Of a stretch of DNA of 52,596 nucleotides, positions 19,892-29,751 are shown one piece after another. Origin of the DNA: Gammaproteobacteria bacterium (GTDB taxonomy: Bacteria > Pseudomonadota > Gammaproteobacteria > GCA-001735895); contig JBDNJA010000036.1 of the NCBI GenBank assembly GCA_041688005.1, forward strand, positions 1-52,596. The letters run 5' to 3'. The notes below the pieces were generated by a model. That model saw only the letters and a list, made by a program, of their open reading frames with translations. It did not search any database and was not told the origin of the DNA. Position numbers and translations under genes: made by a program. Numbering within the stretch: the stretch's first letter is position 1; each line of letters opens with the position of its first letter.

Positions 19892-20867
19892 TTACCAGCC
19901 TATTATTCCTTTTACTCTCTGCCTGAAACAATCAGGAACAGCTGGTAGAACAACGCATTCTGCAATTTGGCACCATTATCGATGTCACCCTGATACACCC
20001 AGACCACAACAAAGCGGAAGCCGCGTTAACCCAAATAGAACGTCAACTTCTAGTTTACCGAAAAAACTGGCATGCCTGGGAAGATGGAGATCAGTTTCGC
20101 TTCAACCAAGCCTTAATCGACACCAATACCGCCACAGTTCCCGAATCCCTCAAACAGCTATTAGCGCTTAGTCAGCAATATTACCTTCAATCACAGCATT
20201 TATTTAACCCAGCCTTAGGACGACTCATCAACGCCTATGGCTTTCATGGTACCAGCGGGCCTGATACCAGCATGATCAACCTGATAAAAACCGACATTCC
20301 GACAATGTTTGATCTGAAACTAAACCAGCAGCAACCCTCATCTCCAGCTTGATCTAGGTGGCATCGCCAAAGGCTACGACATCGGACTAATCGCTTATTA
20401 CTTAACCGACTCTGGTTTCGAACACTTCTTGATTAATGCGGGTGGTGACCTGTACGTTTCGGGAACCAAATTTGGCAAGCCCTGGAAAATTGGCATACAA
20501 AATCCTTTCGCACCCGGCGCGATTGCCAGCGTCAACCTGACAGCTGACCACAGCTTATTCACCTCCGGAAACTATCAGCGCTCCTATCAGCAAGCGGGTA
20601 AAATCGTTCACCACATTATCGACCCGAGGACAGGTGATCCTTCCCAACATATCAGCTCGGCGCTGTATTATCATCTGACCCAGTGCTGTCCGATGTGGCC
20701 GCCACAACACTGATGATCGACGGTATGGGCAATCACCGGTCACTGGCAAAATCACTGGGCATAAAGGATTACCTGATTATCAGCGAAGATAAAAAATAAT
20801 CATCACGCGCTCATTCGCACAGAAAATTAACATAACCAGCGACTGGCCGGTAATGCTTGTCGACTAG
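19864..20867 (+). pseudogene. apbE: FAD:protein FMN transferase ApbE, inactivated
   Basis: Signal peptide ...LLFLLLSA then TGA (19924-26) at the lipobox Cys. Then FGTIIDV, FNPALG, a frameshift at ~20330 before DLGGIAKGY, INAGGD, TSGNY, HHIIDPRTG, and frameshifts at ~20662 and ~20797. Confidence 0.88.
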
Positions 20868-20965
20868 TGTTGGCTTCGCCCATCGGCAATAAATTCACAT
20901 TATCGAGGCAGTCGACGCAAACGACTGGTGAAGTCCTACCATTAGTCTGGCAAAATACACCCCAC

Positions 20966-21865
20966 ATGACCAATCAAGACGCACCGCAACCAAACAACCC
21001 CGGCATTAATGCCAGCGATCGGCTGGGCTTCACACTTTTTCTGGCTTTAACCATTCACGCCATCGTCGTGCTAGGCGTTGGATTTACCCAATCAGAAAAA
21101 TACAGTTCCGATGCCTCGCCTAGTCTCGAGGTTATTATTGCGAATTCTCGTAGTTTGGAGACAGTCGAAAACCCTGACTATTTAGCCCAGGTCGATCAGG
21201 CCGGTGGTGGAAAGGCCGACGAGAAAGCGCGTCCCAGCGCACCGGTATCGGCCAACACTCTGATTAATCAGCACGGACTGGCTGATCAAGCCAGGCAGGA
21301 ATTAAACAAAAACCAACTCACGATTAGTCAAATTTATGTTCTGACGCAACAGGATTCTGACCTATCGATTGACAAAACACAGCAAAATAAACAGAAAGAA
21401 TCCAATTCTAGGCAGGCGAGTGATACCGAACAGCGACAAACTAAGATAGCTCAATTAAAAGCTGAAATCCGCCAGATGACGGTCGATTACGCCAAAAGAC
21501 CGAGGTTGATCACCTTAACCGCCGCCACTAAAAAGGCGGTAGAGGCAAGCTACCTAGCTGCCTGGGTTCAAAAAATAGAACACACCGGTAATCTGAACTA
21601 TCCAAGCGAAGCTAGAGTCAAAAAAATTAACGGCCAATTACGATTAAGTGTGCGCATCAATCAACTAGGTGCAATACTGGGCGTTAAAATAACCAAGTCG
21701 TCTGGATCAAGTATTCTCGACGAGGCGGCGAAGCGAATTTTGCGATTATCAGAACCATTTTCACCTTTTTCTGAAGAATTGAAGCAACGTGCCGATCAAA
21801 TAGTCATTATCCGAACATGGAATTTTAACAGTAACCATTTGAATACGAATGGAGTGGTGATTTAA
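20966..21865 (+). CDS. tonB: energy transducer TonB-family protein (TonB3-like)
   Basis: N-terminal TM (DRLGFTLFLALTIH), C-terminal TonB_C (GNLNYP..SSGS.ILDEAA..IIRTW). Conserved position between gshB and yqgE. Confidence 0.85.
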   Translation: MTNQDAPQPNNPGINASDRLGFTLFLALTIHAIVVLGVGFTQSEKYSSDASPSLEVIIANSRSLETVENPDYLAQVDQAGGGKADEKARPSAPVSANTLINQHGLADQARQELNKNQLTISQIYVLTQQDSDLSIDKTQQNKQKESNSRQASDTEQRQTKIAQLKAEIRQMTVDYAKRPRLITLTAATKKAVEASYLAAWVQKIEHTGNLNYPSEARVKKINGQLRLSVRINQLGAILGVKITKSSGSSILDEAAKRILRLSEPFSPFSEELKQRADQIVIIRTWNFNSNHLNTNGVVI

Positions 21866-22447
21866 ATGAATACAACTGCTCAAAGTCTGGTCGATCTGTG
21901 CCTTATCGCCACGCCCAGCATCAAAGACCCGCTATTCGCTTCTAGCCTTGTCTACATGTGCGAACATAGCGAGCAGGGCAGCATGGGGCTGGTAATCAAC
22001 CACCAGACATCTCAGCAGCTTCACAACGTATTCGAGCAACTCAACATTGAATGTAATGAGGAGGATATTCGCCAACAGCCGGTTTATATCGGCGGGCCGG
22101 TACAGCTTGAACAAGGCTTTGTATTACATAGAGCAACTGGGCATAGCGCCTTCGACGAGTGGCAAAAAACCACTGAAGTTTCAGACGGCATCCATCTGAC
22201 TATATCGGCTGATATTCTGCAGGCCATTGCTGATCGCAAAGGACCAGAGGATTATCTGGTGATACTCGGGTTTTCGGGCTGGGCATCGGGACAGCTTGAA
22301 TCCGAGTTACAGGAAAATTCCTGGTTGACGTCATCTTCAAGCGCCGAACTTTTATTCCACCAAAATTCAGACCATAAATGGCAAATGGCTTTCGATACAC
22401 TCGGGTTTGATATCAGCATGCTGTCACCTGTCAGTGGCAACGCATAA
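21866..22447 (+). CDS. yqgE: YqgE/AlgH family protein
   Basis: LIATP..DPLF..VYMCEH..GSMGLVIN, GGPV, GFSGW..GQLE.E..NSWL. Confidence 0.93.
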   Translation: MNTTAQSLVDLCLIATPSIKDPLFASSLVYMCEHSEQGSMGLVINHQTSQQLHNVFEQLNIECNEEDIRQQPVYIGGPVQLEQGFVLHRATGHSAFDEWQKTTEVSDGIHLTISADILQAIADRKGPEDYLVILGFSGWASGQLESELQENSWLTSSSSAELLFHQNSDHKWQMAFDTLGFDISMLSPVSGNA

Positions 22448-22455
22448 GTAGGCGC

Positions 22456-22887
22456 ATGGAATCTAGAGTCGATACCGTCATTGGATTTGATTTTGGTACG
22501 GTGTGGACTGGCATCGCGATAGGCCTCACCCTGACGGCACAGGCGCGCCCCTTGAATGCGATCAAATCGATCAACCAAAAACCCAACTGGCAAGCGATTG
22601 AAAGCCTGTTGAAAGAATGGCAGCCGCAAAAGCTCATTGTCGGCTTGCCGAGTTCGATGATTGACGACTATCACCCCATGACCGAAAAAGCGCTAAAATT
22701 CAGTCGGCAGCTCGAAGGTCGATTCAAAGTGCCGGTAGAACTGGTCGATGAGCGGCTCACCACCCGTGAAGCCTACGAGATGGCAGTCGAAAGCAAGCAA
22801 CACAAAACCAAACAGGAAATCGATAGCATTGCAGCCATGCTGATCACCGAATCCTGGCTTCGCGGTGATAAAGCAAGCGCGAGTTAA
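22456..22887 (+). CDS. yqgF: YqgF/RuvX pre-16S rRNA nuclease
   Basis: GFDFG...GIAIG, VGLP, VDERLTT, DSIAA. Confidence 0.93.
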   Translation: MESRVDTVIGFDFGTVWTGIAIGLTLTAQARPLNAIKSINQKPNWQAIESLLKEWQPQKLIVGLPSSMIDDYHPMTEKALKFSRQLEGRFKVPVELVDERLTTREAYEMAVESKQHKTKQEIDSIAAMLITESWLRGDKASAS

Positions 22888-22895
22888 CATCTACC

Positions 22896-22933
22896 CCGCA
22901 ATCGCGGAAAAAGTGCATTTTTAGAGATGCCCT
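22896..22933. repeat. solo end of MITE family A
   Basis: CCGCAATCGCGGAAAAAGTGCATTTTTAGAGATGCCCT is identical to the end of copy A4; lies in the pyrR leader. Confidence 0.8.
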
Positions 22934-22999
22934 CAATAATAAATCATGCTATAAAGTAGCCCGCATTCAATACTAGGCCCTTTAGCGTCAGGAACATCC

Positions 23000-23518
23000 G
23001 TGTCATTACCTTCAGTTGAAATACTCATCGATAAGCTGACACAAGCACTCAAACCCTATTTTCCAGGCGCCCAGGGCCCTGCCGATCAACCCATCATCGT
23101 CGGCATCGAAACGGGTGGTTACTGGATCGCTAATATCATTCATCAAAGCATTGCCCCAGACACCGAGCTTGGCCGTTTAAACATTTCGTTTTATCGTGAC
23201 GACTTTACTACAACGGGTCTTCATCCAACGGTTAACCCATCGAGCTTGCCAACCGATATCGATGGCAAAACCATCATTCTCGTCGACGATGTGATTTATT
23301 CAGGCCGTACCATTCGAGCAGCGATGAACGAGATATTCGACTATGGCCGGCCCGAGCGAATCATTCTTGCTATTTTGGTAGATCGTGGTGAACGCTCGAT
23401 TCCTATCCAGCCAGATATCGTCGCCGAGACTATTCGGCTCGAAGCTGGTAGCCATATCAAACTCAGCGGGCCTGAACCACTTCGACTCAGCATCAAAACG
23501 CGAATAGAGGCCGGTTAA
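23000..23518 (+). CDS. pyrR: pyrimidine regulatory protein / uracil phosphoribosyltransferase PyrR
   Basis: [28 protein letters not shown]; upstream of pyrB. Confidence 0.93.
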   Translation: MSLPSVEILIDKLTQALKPYFPGAQGPADQPIIVGIETGGYWIANIIHQSIAPDTELGRLNISFYRDDFTTTGLHPTVNPSSLPTDIDGKTIILVDDVIYSGRTIRAAMNEIFDYGRPERIILAILVDRGERSIPIQPDIVAETIRLEAGSHIKLSGPEPLRLSIKTRIEAG

Positions 23519-23528
23519 CAAAGAAACC

Positions 23529-24482
23529 ATGTCGAATCACAACTTACAACTCGATGTAAACGGAAAACTGAAACATTTTCTAGCCATCGAAGGCTTAAAT
23601 CGGTCGGTATTAACAGACATACTGGATACCGCCGAGTCGTTCACGTCGGTCACCGAACGAACCGTCAAAAAGGTGCCAATACTACGCGGCAAAACCGTTG
23701 CTAACTTATTCTTCGAACCCAGCACTCGCACCCGGTCGACCTTTGAACTCGCGGCGCAGCGTTTATCGGCCGATATTCTCAACCTGAATCTAAATACTTC
23801 GGCAACGACCAAGGGCGAGTCCCTGCTCGACACCATTCGCAACATTGAAGCCATGCAAATCGACATGTTCGTGATCCGTCATCAGGATAGCGGTAGCGCC
23901 CACTTCTTTGCCCAGCATGTGCAACCCGGTGTCAGCGTCCTCAATGCCGGTGATGGTCAGCATGAACATCCGACCCAAGCCATGCTCGACATGTTCACAA
24001 TACGTCACTTTAAGAAAGACTTTGCTCAGCTACGGGTTGCGATTGTCGGCGACGTCGCTCATTCGCGAGTGGCGCGCTCACAGATTCACGCGCTCAATAT
24101 ACTCGGTGCTGCCGAAATTCGAGTTATCGCCCCTAAAACATTATTGCCCATTGGCATCGAATCACTCGGCGTGCATTTGTATGACAATCTCGAGCAGGGG
24201 CTAAAAGATGTTGATGTTGTCATCATGTTACGCTTGCAAAAAGAGCGTATGCGGGGCGCGCTGCTACCTAGTGAGAAAGAATACTTCAACCTTTTTGGCC
24301 TGACCCAGGAACGCCTGAATTGCGCCCACCCTGATGCCATAGTGATGCATCCGGGTCCCGCCAATCGCGGTGTCGAAATCGAATCGAGTGTCATGGATGG
24401 CCCGCAATCGGTTATCTTGCGACAGGTGACTTTTGGCATTGCAGTACGCATGGCCGTTATGTCGATGACAGTCGGTCGATGA
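23529..24482 (+). CDS. pyrB: aspartate carbamoyltransferase catalytic subunit
   Basis: [27 protein letters not shown]. Confidence 0.97.
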   Translation: MSNHNLQLDVNGKLKHFLAIEGLNRSVLTDILDTAESFTSVTERTVKKVPILRGKTVANLFFEPSTRTRSTFELAAQRLSADILNLNLNTSATTKGESLLDTIRNIEAMQIDMFVIRHQDSGSAHFFAQHVQPGVSVLNAGDGQHEHPTQAMLDMFTIRHFKKDFAQLRVAIVGDVAHSRVARSQIHALNILGAAEIRVIAPKTLLPIGIESLGVHLYDNLEQGLKDVDVVIMLRLQKERMRGALLPSEKEYFNLFGLTQERLNCAHPDAIVMHPGPANRGVEIESSVMDGPQSVILRQVTFGIAVRMAVMSMTVGR

Positions 24483-24501
24483 CAGTAGGGGAACGACACT
24501 T

Positions 24502-25785
24502 ATGAGCATTCATATCAAAAATGCCCTGTTCATCGATCCGGTTAATCTTAGCCAGACCAAAACAGACATTTATATCGACGGCAACTTAATCGTCGGCATA
24601 GGCACGCCACCCGCCGATTTTAAAGCAGGTCAAACCCTTGATGCGAATAATCAGTGGGTGATACCGGGTCTGGTCGATTGTCAGGCGCGGCTACGCGAAC
24701 CGGGTCAAGTGCACAAGGGGACGATTGAAAGCGAAACTCAGGCGGCGATTGCCAACGGCATCACCAGTCTTTGCATACCACCGGATACCGAACCCGTTAT
24801 CGACAACACAGCCGTCGTCGAACTCATCCATCACAGCAACTCGAAAGCAGGCAACTGCTGCCATATTTACACCATTGGCGCGTTATCACGAAAGCTCGAG
24901 GGTGAACACCTAACCAATATGGCGGGCTTAAAATCTAGCGGCTGTATCGCATTCAGCAACGCCAATCATGCGTTTAGCAGCAACCTGGTTCAACGGCGCG
25001 CGATGGAATATGCCACTGGTCAGCAAATGCTCGTTATTATTCAACCCAGAGATACTGATCTATATGGCAATGGCTGTGCGCATGAGGGCGCCATCTCGAC
25101 TCGCCTTGGACTATCCTCCATTCCAGAAGCAGCAGAGACAGCCGCCCTCGCAAAAGACATAGAGCTAGTCGCTCAAACTGGCGCAAGAACGCATTTTGGG
25201 CAGCTCTCCTGCGCGCGATCAGTCGATATGATTCGTCAAGCCAAAGCCAATGGATTGCCCATTACGGCCGACTGTACCATGCACCAACTGTTCCTCACCG
25301 ATCACGATATTGGCGAGTTTGACACCAGCAAACTCACCATTCCGCCACTGAGAAGTCAACTCGACCGTCAAGCCTTACGTGATGGTCTAGTCGATGGCAC
25401 CATCGATTGCCTGTGCTCAGATCACCAACCGCATGAAATAGATGCCAAACTATGCCCCTTCCCCTCAGCCGAACCCGGCATAAGCGGCCTTGATACCTTG
25501 TTGCCGTTGGCACTTCGGTTAGCGGAAGAAGGCGTAATGACCTTGCCTGAAGTGATCGCTCGATTAACCGTCAATCCCGCTAAACTACTCGGCATTCCCG
25601 CGGGCACAGTAGCGATTGGCGAGCGGGCAGATATCTGCATCATCGATCCTGATGCGCATTATTACTGTGAAGGTCGACATTTTATCTCGAAGGGAAAAAA
25701 CACGCCGTTTGAGGGTTGGGACTTTAATGGTCGTGTCACGGCCACGATTGTTGCTGGGCAGATTGTTTATAATTGCGGCTCGTAA
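24502..25785 (+). CDS. pyrC: dihydroorotase-like protein, probably inactive PyrC'
   Basis: PGLVDCQARLREPG (HxH metal ligands replaced), PPLR, SDHQPH, SKGKNTPF; directly after pyrB. Confidence 0.88.
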   Translation: MSIHIKNALFIDPVNLSQTKTDIYIDGNLIVGIGTPPADFKAGQTLDANNQWVIPGLVDCQARLREPGQVHKGTIESETQAAIANGITSLCIPPDTEPVIDNTAVVELIHHSNSKAGNCCHIYTIGALSRKLEGEHLTNMAGLKSSGCIAFSNANHAFSSNLVQRRAMEYATGQQMLVIIQPRDTDLYGNGCAHEGAISTRLGLSSIPEAAETAALAKDIELVAQTGARTHFGQLSCARSVDMIRQAKANGLPITADCTMHQLFLTDHDIGEFDTSKLTIPPLRSQLDRQALRDGLVDGTIDCLCSDHQPHEIDAKLCPFPSAEPGISGLDTLLPLALRLAEEGVMTLPEVIARLTVNPAKLLGIPAGTVAIGERADICIIDPDAHYYCEGRHFISKGKNTPFEGWDFNGRVTATIVAGQIVYNCGS

Positions 25786-25904
25786 AACCAGCTTTAACTA
25801 ACCCGGCAAAGTCAGACTAGAAGCATTACGATTACCAAATTTATCACACCTTACTTCTCTCGCCCGGAACATAAAATTAATCTAGGATTCCGCCAGAATA
25901 GGGG

Positions 25905-26399
25905 TATTAACCCTCGTCAGACGGCAACACCAACTCTTCCAGGCCGTCATTCTTTTCATTTAGGTTATGTCGAGTATCTTGCGTTTGCGACTCTCCACCA
26001 AAATCAGGCCACTATGGTTCATCACGATTTCTTTCAATACTTGCGGTAGTCCCTGCTCATCCAGCGTGGGAATATCCCATTTTATATAGCGAATAACCAT
26101 CGAGACTTCAGAACGCTGAATAATAATATTGGTCCGGAATCAACCGATACTGGCTAGCGTAAAGCACATATTAAATTCACAGTTTATTTCAAAGTCACTG
26201 ATTTGTTCATCACTTAACAGGCTATAAACCAGTTTTTTCACCTGACCCGGTTCGAAAGTTTGTTTTGTAATAGCATTCGTTTTATCCTGTAACTTCATAC
26301 TGGGTGGTGCGCCAGTAACGAAAAATAGACCAACACCTTCTGCTCTACCATCGGCTTCATATAAGGCTCTAGTAACTTCGTTGTTGGTTCTCTCGTCAT
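25905..26399 (-). pseudogene. second PilU/PilT-family ATPase relic
   Basis: Minus strand MTREPTTKLLEPYMKPMVEQK/fs/LFFVTGAPPSMK...SIG*FRTN..MVIRYIKWDIPTLDEQGLPQVLKEIVM..GLILV, then a jump to a C-terminal ANA/DTRHNL-like tail. TGA at 26140-26142; ATPase core missing. Confidence 0.8.
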
Positions 26400-26427
26400 G
26401 ATCACACTCGTCCGATTAGGCTGCTCA

Positions 26428-27598
26428 TTAATTTAAACCTCTTTTGTCGTCGTCATCCGATGCTTCCAGTTCAAACTCAAGATGATCTTCTAACAAGCCC
26501 GTTTTTCGAGCCGTGGCGCTTTCAAGCTTAATACGCAGGCGAATATCATTAACCGAGTCGGCGTTTCGTAACGCATCTTCAAATGTAATTTCCCCCGCTT
26601 CATATAAATCAAATAGCGCCTGGTAAAATGTTTTCATACCCGATCCATTTGACTTTGCTATCAACGATTTCATCTCATGCACTTCACCCTTAAAAATCAT
26701 ATCGGCCATCAAAGGCGTATTGAGCATGACTTCGATGGCAGGTATGCGCCCAGCACCATCAATTTTTGGAATGAGTCGTTGAGATATCAAACCTTTCAGG
26801 TTTAGCGATATATCCATCAATAGCTGAGATCGGCGTTCATCAGGGAAGAAGTTGATAATTCGATCGAGCGCCTGGTTGGTACTGTTGGCGTGCAAAGTAG
26901 TCAGACACAGGTGCCCTGTCTCTGCGAATGCAATCGCATGCTCCATGGTTTCTCGGTCTCGAACCTCACCAATCAAAATAACATCGGGTGCCTGACGTAA
27001 CGTGTTCTTAAGCGCGATACCATAGGTTTCGGTATCTACACCCACTTCTCGCTGCGTCACCAGACAGTTGATGTGTTTGTGAATAAACTCCACCGGGTCT
27101 TCAGATGGTAATAATATGCCCATGGCTATTTCTATTACGATAATTCACCATCGAAGCAAGCGAGGTTGATTTACCCGAACCAGTACCACCCACGAAAATA
27201 ACTAAACCTCGCTTAGCCATCACTATTTCCTGCAAAATATCTGGCAGGTGCAGCTCTTCAAAAGTGGGAATTTCAGAATTGATAAACCTCAATACCAGCC
27301 CTGTGCTGCCTCGTTGCACAAAGGCATTGACACGAAAGCGTGCAACACCGGGTAAGCCAATTGCGAAGTTACACTCCTGCGTTGATTCAAGCTCAGACGC
27401 TTGCTTATCGTTCATTATCGACCTCGTCAGGATCTGAGTATGATTTGGCGACAGAATTTTTTCCGATACAACGGTAATTTTCCCATCCACTTTCATCGCA
27501 GGTGGCGAGCCTGCTGTAATGAACAAATCCGAACCATCCTTGCTCACCATCAGGCGCAGCAAATCATGCATGAAACTTATCGCCTTATTACGATCCAT
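26428..27598 (-). pseudogene. pilU: twitching ATPase PilU, split by a +1 frameshift
   Basis: ORFs 27101-27598 (GGTGSGKST) and 26428-27123 (EDPVEF, LIGEVRD, TLHANS) join as HIITI-EDPVE if the single base at 27103 is removed. Confidence 0.88.
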
Positions 27599-27658
27599 TG
27601 AATTATTCTCTTGGTGCGCTTTGTGTTGTCATGTCATGTTTTGTTTTTAAATTAATAA

Positions 27659-28693
27659 CTACAGTTGATCCGGATGAGCCGCTTTCTTCTTGGCCTCATC
27701 TTTAGTCACTAATCCTTGAGCCAACAGTCCTTTTAAATTTTGATCGAGTGTTTGCATGCCTACATTTTGTCCTGTCTGTATCGCCGAATACATTTGCGCT
27801 ACCCTATCTTCTCGGATTAAATTTCGAATCGCCGGTGTCCCGAGCATTATTTCATGCGCGGCAATTCGACCGCCGCCTATTCTTTTCATCAATGTTTGCG
27901 AGATAACTGCTTGCAATGATTCCGACAACATCGATCGAACCATGGATTTTTCTGCTGCCGGGAAAACATCGACAATTCGATCGATTGTCTTGGCAGCCGA
28001 ACTGGTATGCAAAGTCCCAAAAACCAGATGGCCTGTTTCAGCCGCCGACAATGCCAGCCGGATAGTTTCCAGATCACGCATTTCGCCGACCAGAATCGTA
28101 TCTGGATCTTCACGCAATGCCGACCTTAATGCTTCGTTAAACCCCAGCGTATCACGATGCACTTCACGTTGATTGACCAGGCATTTCTTGCTCTCGTGGA
28201 CAAATTCGATTGGATCTTCAACCGTCAGAATATGACCATATTCACTATCATTTTTGTAATCAACCATGCCTGCGAGCGTGGTCGATTTGCCCGACCCAGT
28301 TGGCCCGGTTACCAGCACAAGACCGCGAGGGTATTCGGAAATATCCTGAAAAATCTTCGGTGCTTCCAAATCTCCCAGGCTTAGAATTTTTGAAGGGATG
28401 GTTCGAAATACGCCGCCGGCACCCCGGTTATGATTAAAGGCGTTAACACGAAAACGTGCCAGTCCTGGTATTTCGAAAGAGAAATCAGTTTCCAGAAACT
28501 TCTCATAATCTTTACGTTGTTTATCACTCATAATGTCATAAATCAGATCGTATACTTGTTTATGGTCCATTTCGGGCATATTTATTCTACGAATGTCACC
28601 ATCCACACGGATTATCGGAGGTAATCCCGCCGAAAGGTGCAAATCTGAAGCGCCTTGTTTCACGCCAAAAGCGAGTAGTTGAGCTATATCCAT
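27659..28693 (-). CDS. pilT: type IV pilus retraction ATPase PilT
   Basis: ASDLHLS, GPTGSGKST, EDPIEF, LVGEMRD, AIRNLIRE; reading frame intact. Confidence 0.97.
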   Translation of the reverse strand: MDIAQLLAFGVKQGASDLHLSAGLPPIIRVDGDIRRINMPEMDHKQVYDLIYDIMSDKQRKDYEKFLETDFSFEIPGLARFRVNAFNHNRGAGGVFRTIPSKILSLGDLEAPKIFQDISEYPRGLVLVTGPTGSGKSTTLAGMVDYKNDSEYGHILTVEDPIEFVHESKKCLVNQREVHRDTLGFNEALRSALREDPDTILVGEMRDLETIRLALSAAETGHLVFGTLHTSSAAKTIDRIVDVFPAAEKSMVRSMLSESLQAVISQTLMKRIGGGRIAAHEIMLGTPAIRNLIREDRVAQMYSAIQTGQNVGMQTLDQNLKGLLAQGLVTKDEAKKKAAHPDQL

Positions 28694-28713
28694 GAATCCT
28701 CTCTTCTAATTTT

Positions 28714-28922
28714 AGGGTATCTAAAAATGCACTTTTTCCGCGATTGCAGCCGTGGCCTCGTGGTCCCTACTGTTGGTGCATCGTTACAGGGATGTAACAA
28801 ATTAGAACAATGCATTAGGGCAGGAGCCCGTAAGTAGAATAACGCAGGAGCGGTTATCGAGGAGCAATTGTCGAGGAGCAAAAAACAGATCACGAAAAAA
28901 TCACTATTTTTAGAGACGCACT
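28714..28922. mobile_element. MITE family A copy A3 (209 bp, central deletion plus nested U3 insertion)
   Basis: Ends AGGGTATCTAAAAAT / ATTTTTAGAGACGCACT, duplication TT/TT. Deletion joins the two CCTACT(C/G)TTGG repeats seen in A1. Lies 20 bp upstream of the pilT ATG. Confidence 0.88.
28815..28860 (+). repeat. double GGA-hairpin unit U3 inserted in the loop of U1
   Basis: TTA-GGGC-AGGA-GCCC-GTAAGT-AGA-ATAACGC-AGGA-GCGGTTAT-CGA splits U1 hairpin 2 at ACAATGCA|GGAGCAATTGT. Confidence 0.75.
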
Positions 28923-28969
28923 TTAGTTAACGATCAACATGACTTATACGGCATAAGTTATTATTATCT

Positions 28970-29028
28970 GGAGTCTGCCAGACTTAACATAATGCTACTG
29001 CGAAAAAAGTCTACGTCAGGCAGACTCT
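28970..29028. mobile_element. MITE family B copy B3 (59-bp minimal derivative)
   Basis: GGAGTCTGCCAGACTTA ... TACGTCAGGCAGACTCT, retaining the CTACTGCG(G/A)AAAA segment of B1. Confidence 0.6.
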
Positions 29029-29067
29029 TAGCAACATTCTTTCAGTCAACAAACTATAGCAAAACCT

Positions 29068-29751
29068 ATGCAGAACATCGAAAATAATCTTGATCAGACA
29101 CAAGGTAAAATTGACCAGGCTGCTGATCGCTATCACCGCCAATCATCTGATATATGTTTACTTGCGGTCAGCAAAAGGAAACCATCCGCCGATATTCGAG
29201 AAGCCTATCGCTGTGGTCAGAGAGATTTTGGTGAAAACTACCTACAGGAAGCCCAGCAAAAAATTAAAGATCTGACTGATCTAGGCATCTGCTGGCACTT
29301 TATTGGCGCGATTCAATCCAATAAAACCCGAGTCATAGCCGAGCATTTCGACTGGGTACATTGTGTCGATCGACTGAAAATTGCACAGCGACTCAGCGAA
29401 CAACGCCCAAGCTCCCTGCCCCCTTTGAATATTTGCATTCAGGTGAATGTTGATCTTGAAGAAAGCAAGGCTGGCATCCCACTGCAAGAAGTGCCTGCGC
29501 TGAGCCAACAAATTAGCCAACTGCCCAATATACGCCTGAGAGGCTTGATGGCCATCCCAACACCCAGGGCCAGTGTTGAGTCACAGCGCAAGCCGTTTGC
29601 AAAGTTGCATCAGGCACTCGAGCTCATGCAAAACAGCGCGATAGAGTGCGATACCCTGTCGATGGGCATGAGTCACGACATCGAAGCAGCCATTGCAGAA
29701 GGTTCAACTCTGGTTAGAATAGGCACTGCAATTTTTGGAGAAAGACTTTGA
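29068..29751 (+). CDS. yggS: PLP homeostasis protein YggS
   Basis: LLAVSK, FGENYLQE, WHFIG.IQSNK, LSMGMS.D, VRIGTAIFG. Confidence 0.96.
   Translation: MQNIENNLDQTQGKIDQAADRYHRQSSDICLLAVSKRKPSADIREAYRCGQRDFGENYLQEAQQKIKDLTDLGICWHFIGAIQSNKTRVIAEHFDWVHCVDRLKIAQRLSEQRPSSLPPLNICIQVNVDLEESKAGIPLQEVPALSQQISQLPNIRLRGLMAIPTPRASVESQRKPFAKLHQALELMQNSAIECDTLSMGMSHDIEAAIAEGSTLVRIGTAIFGERL

Noticed and set aside
20429-20713. 94-aa stand-alone ORF
   Set aside because: It is an internal fragment of the apbE pseudogene.
27095-27110. Programmed frameshift or phase variation in pilU
   Set aside because: No slippery run or short tandem repeat at the site, and neighbouring pilus genes are also decayed.
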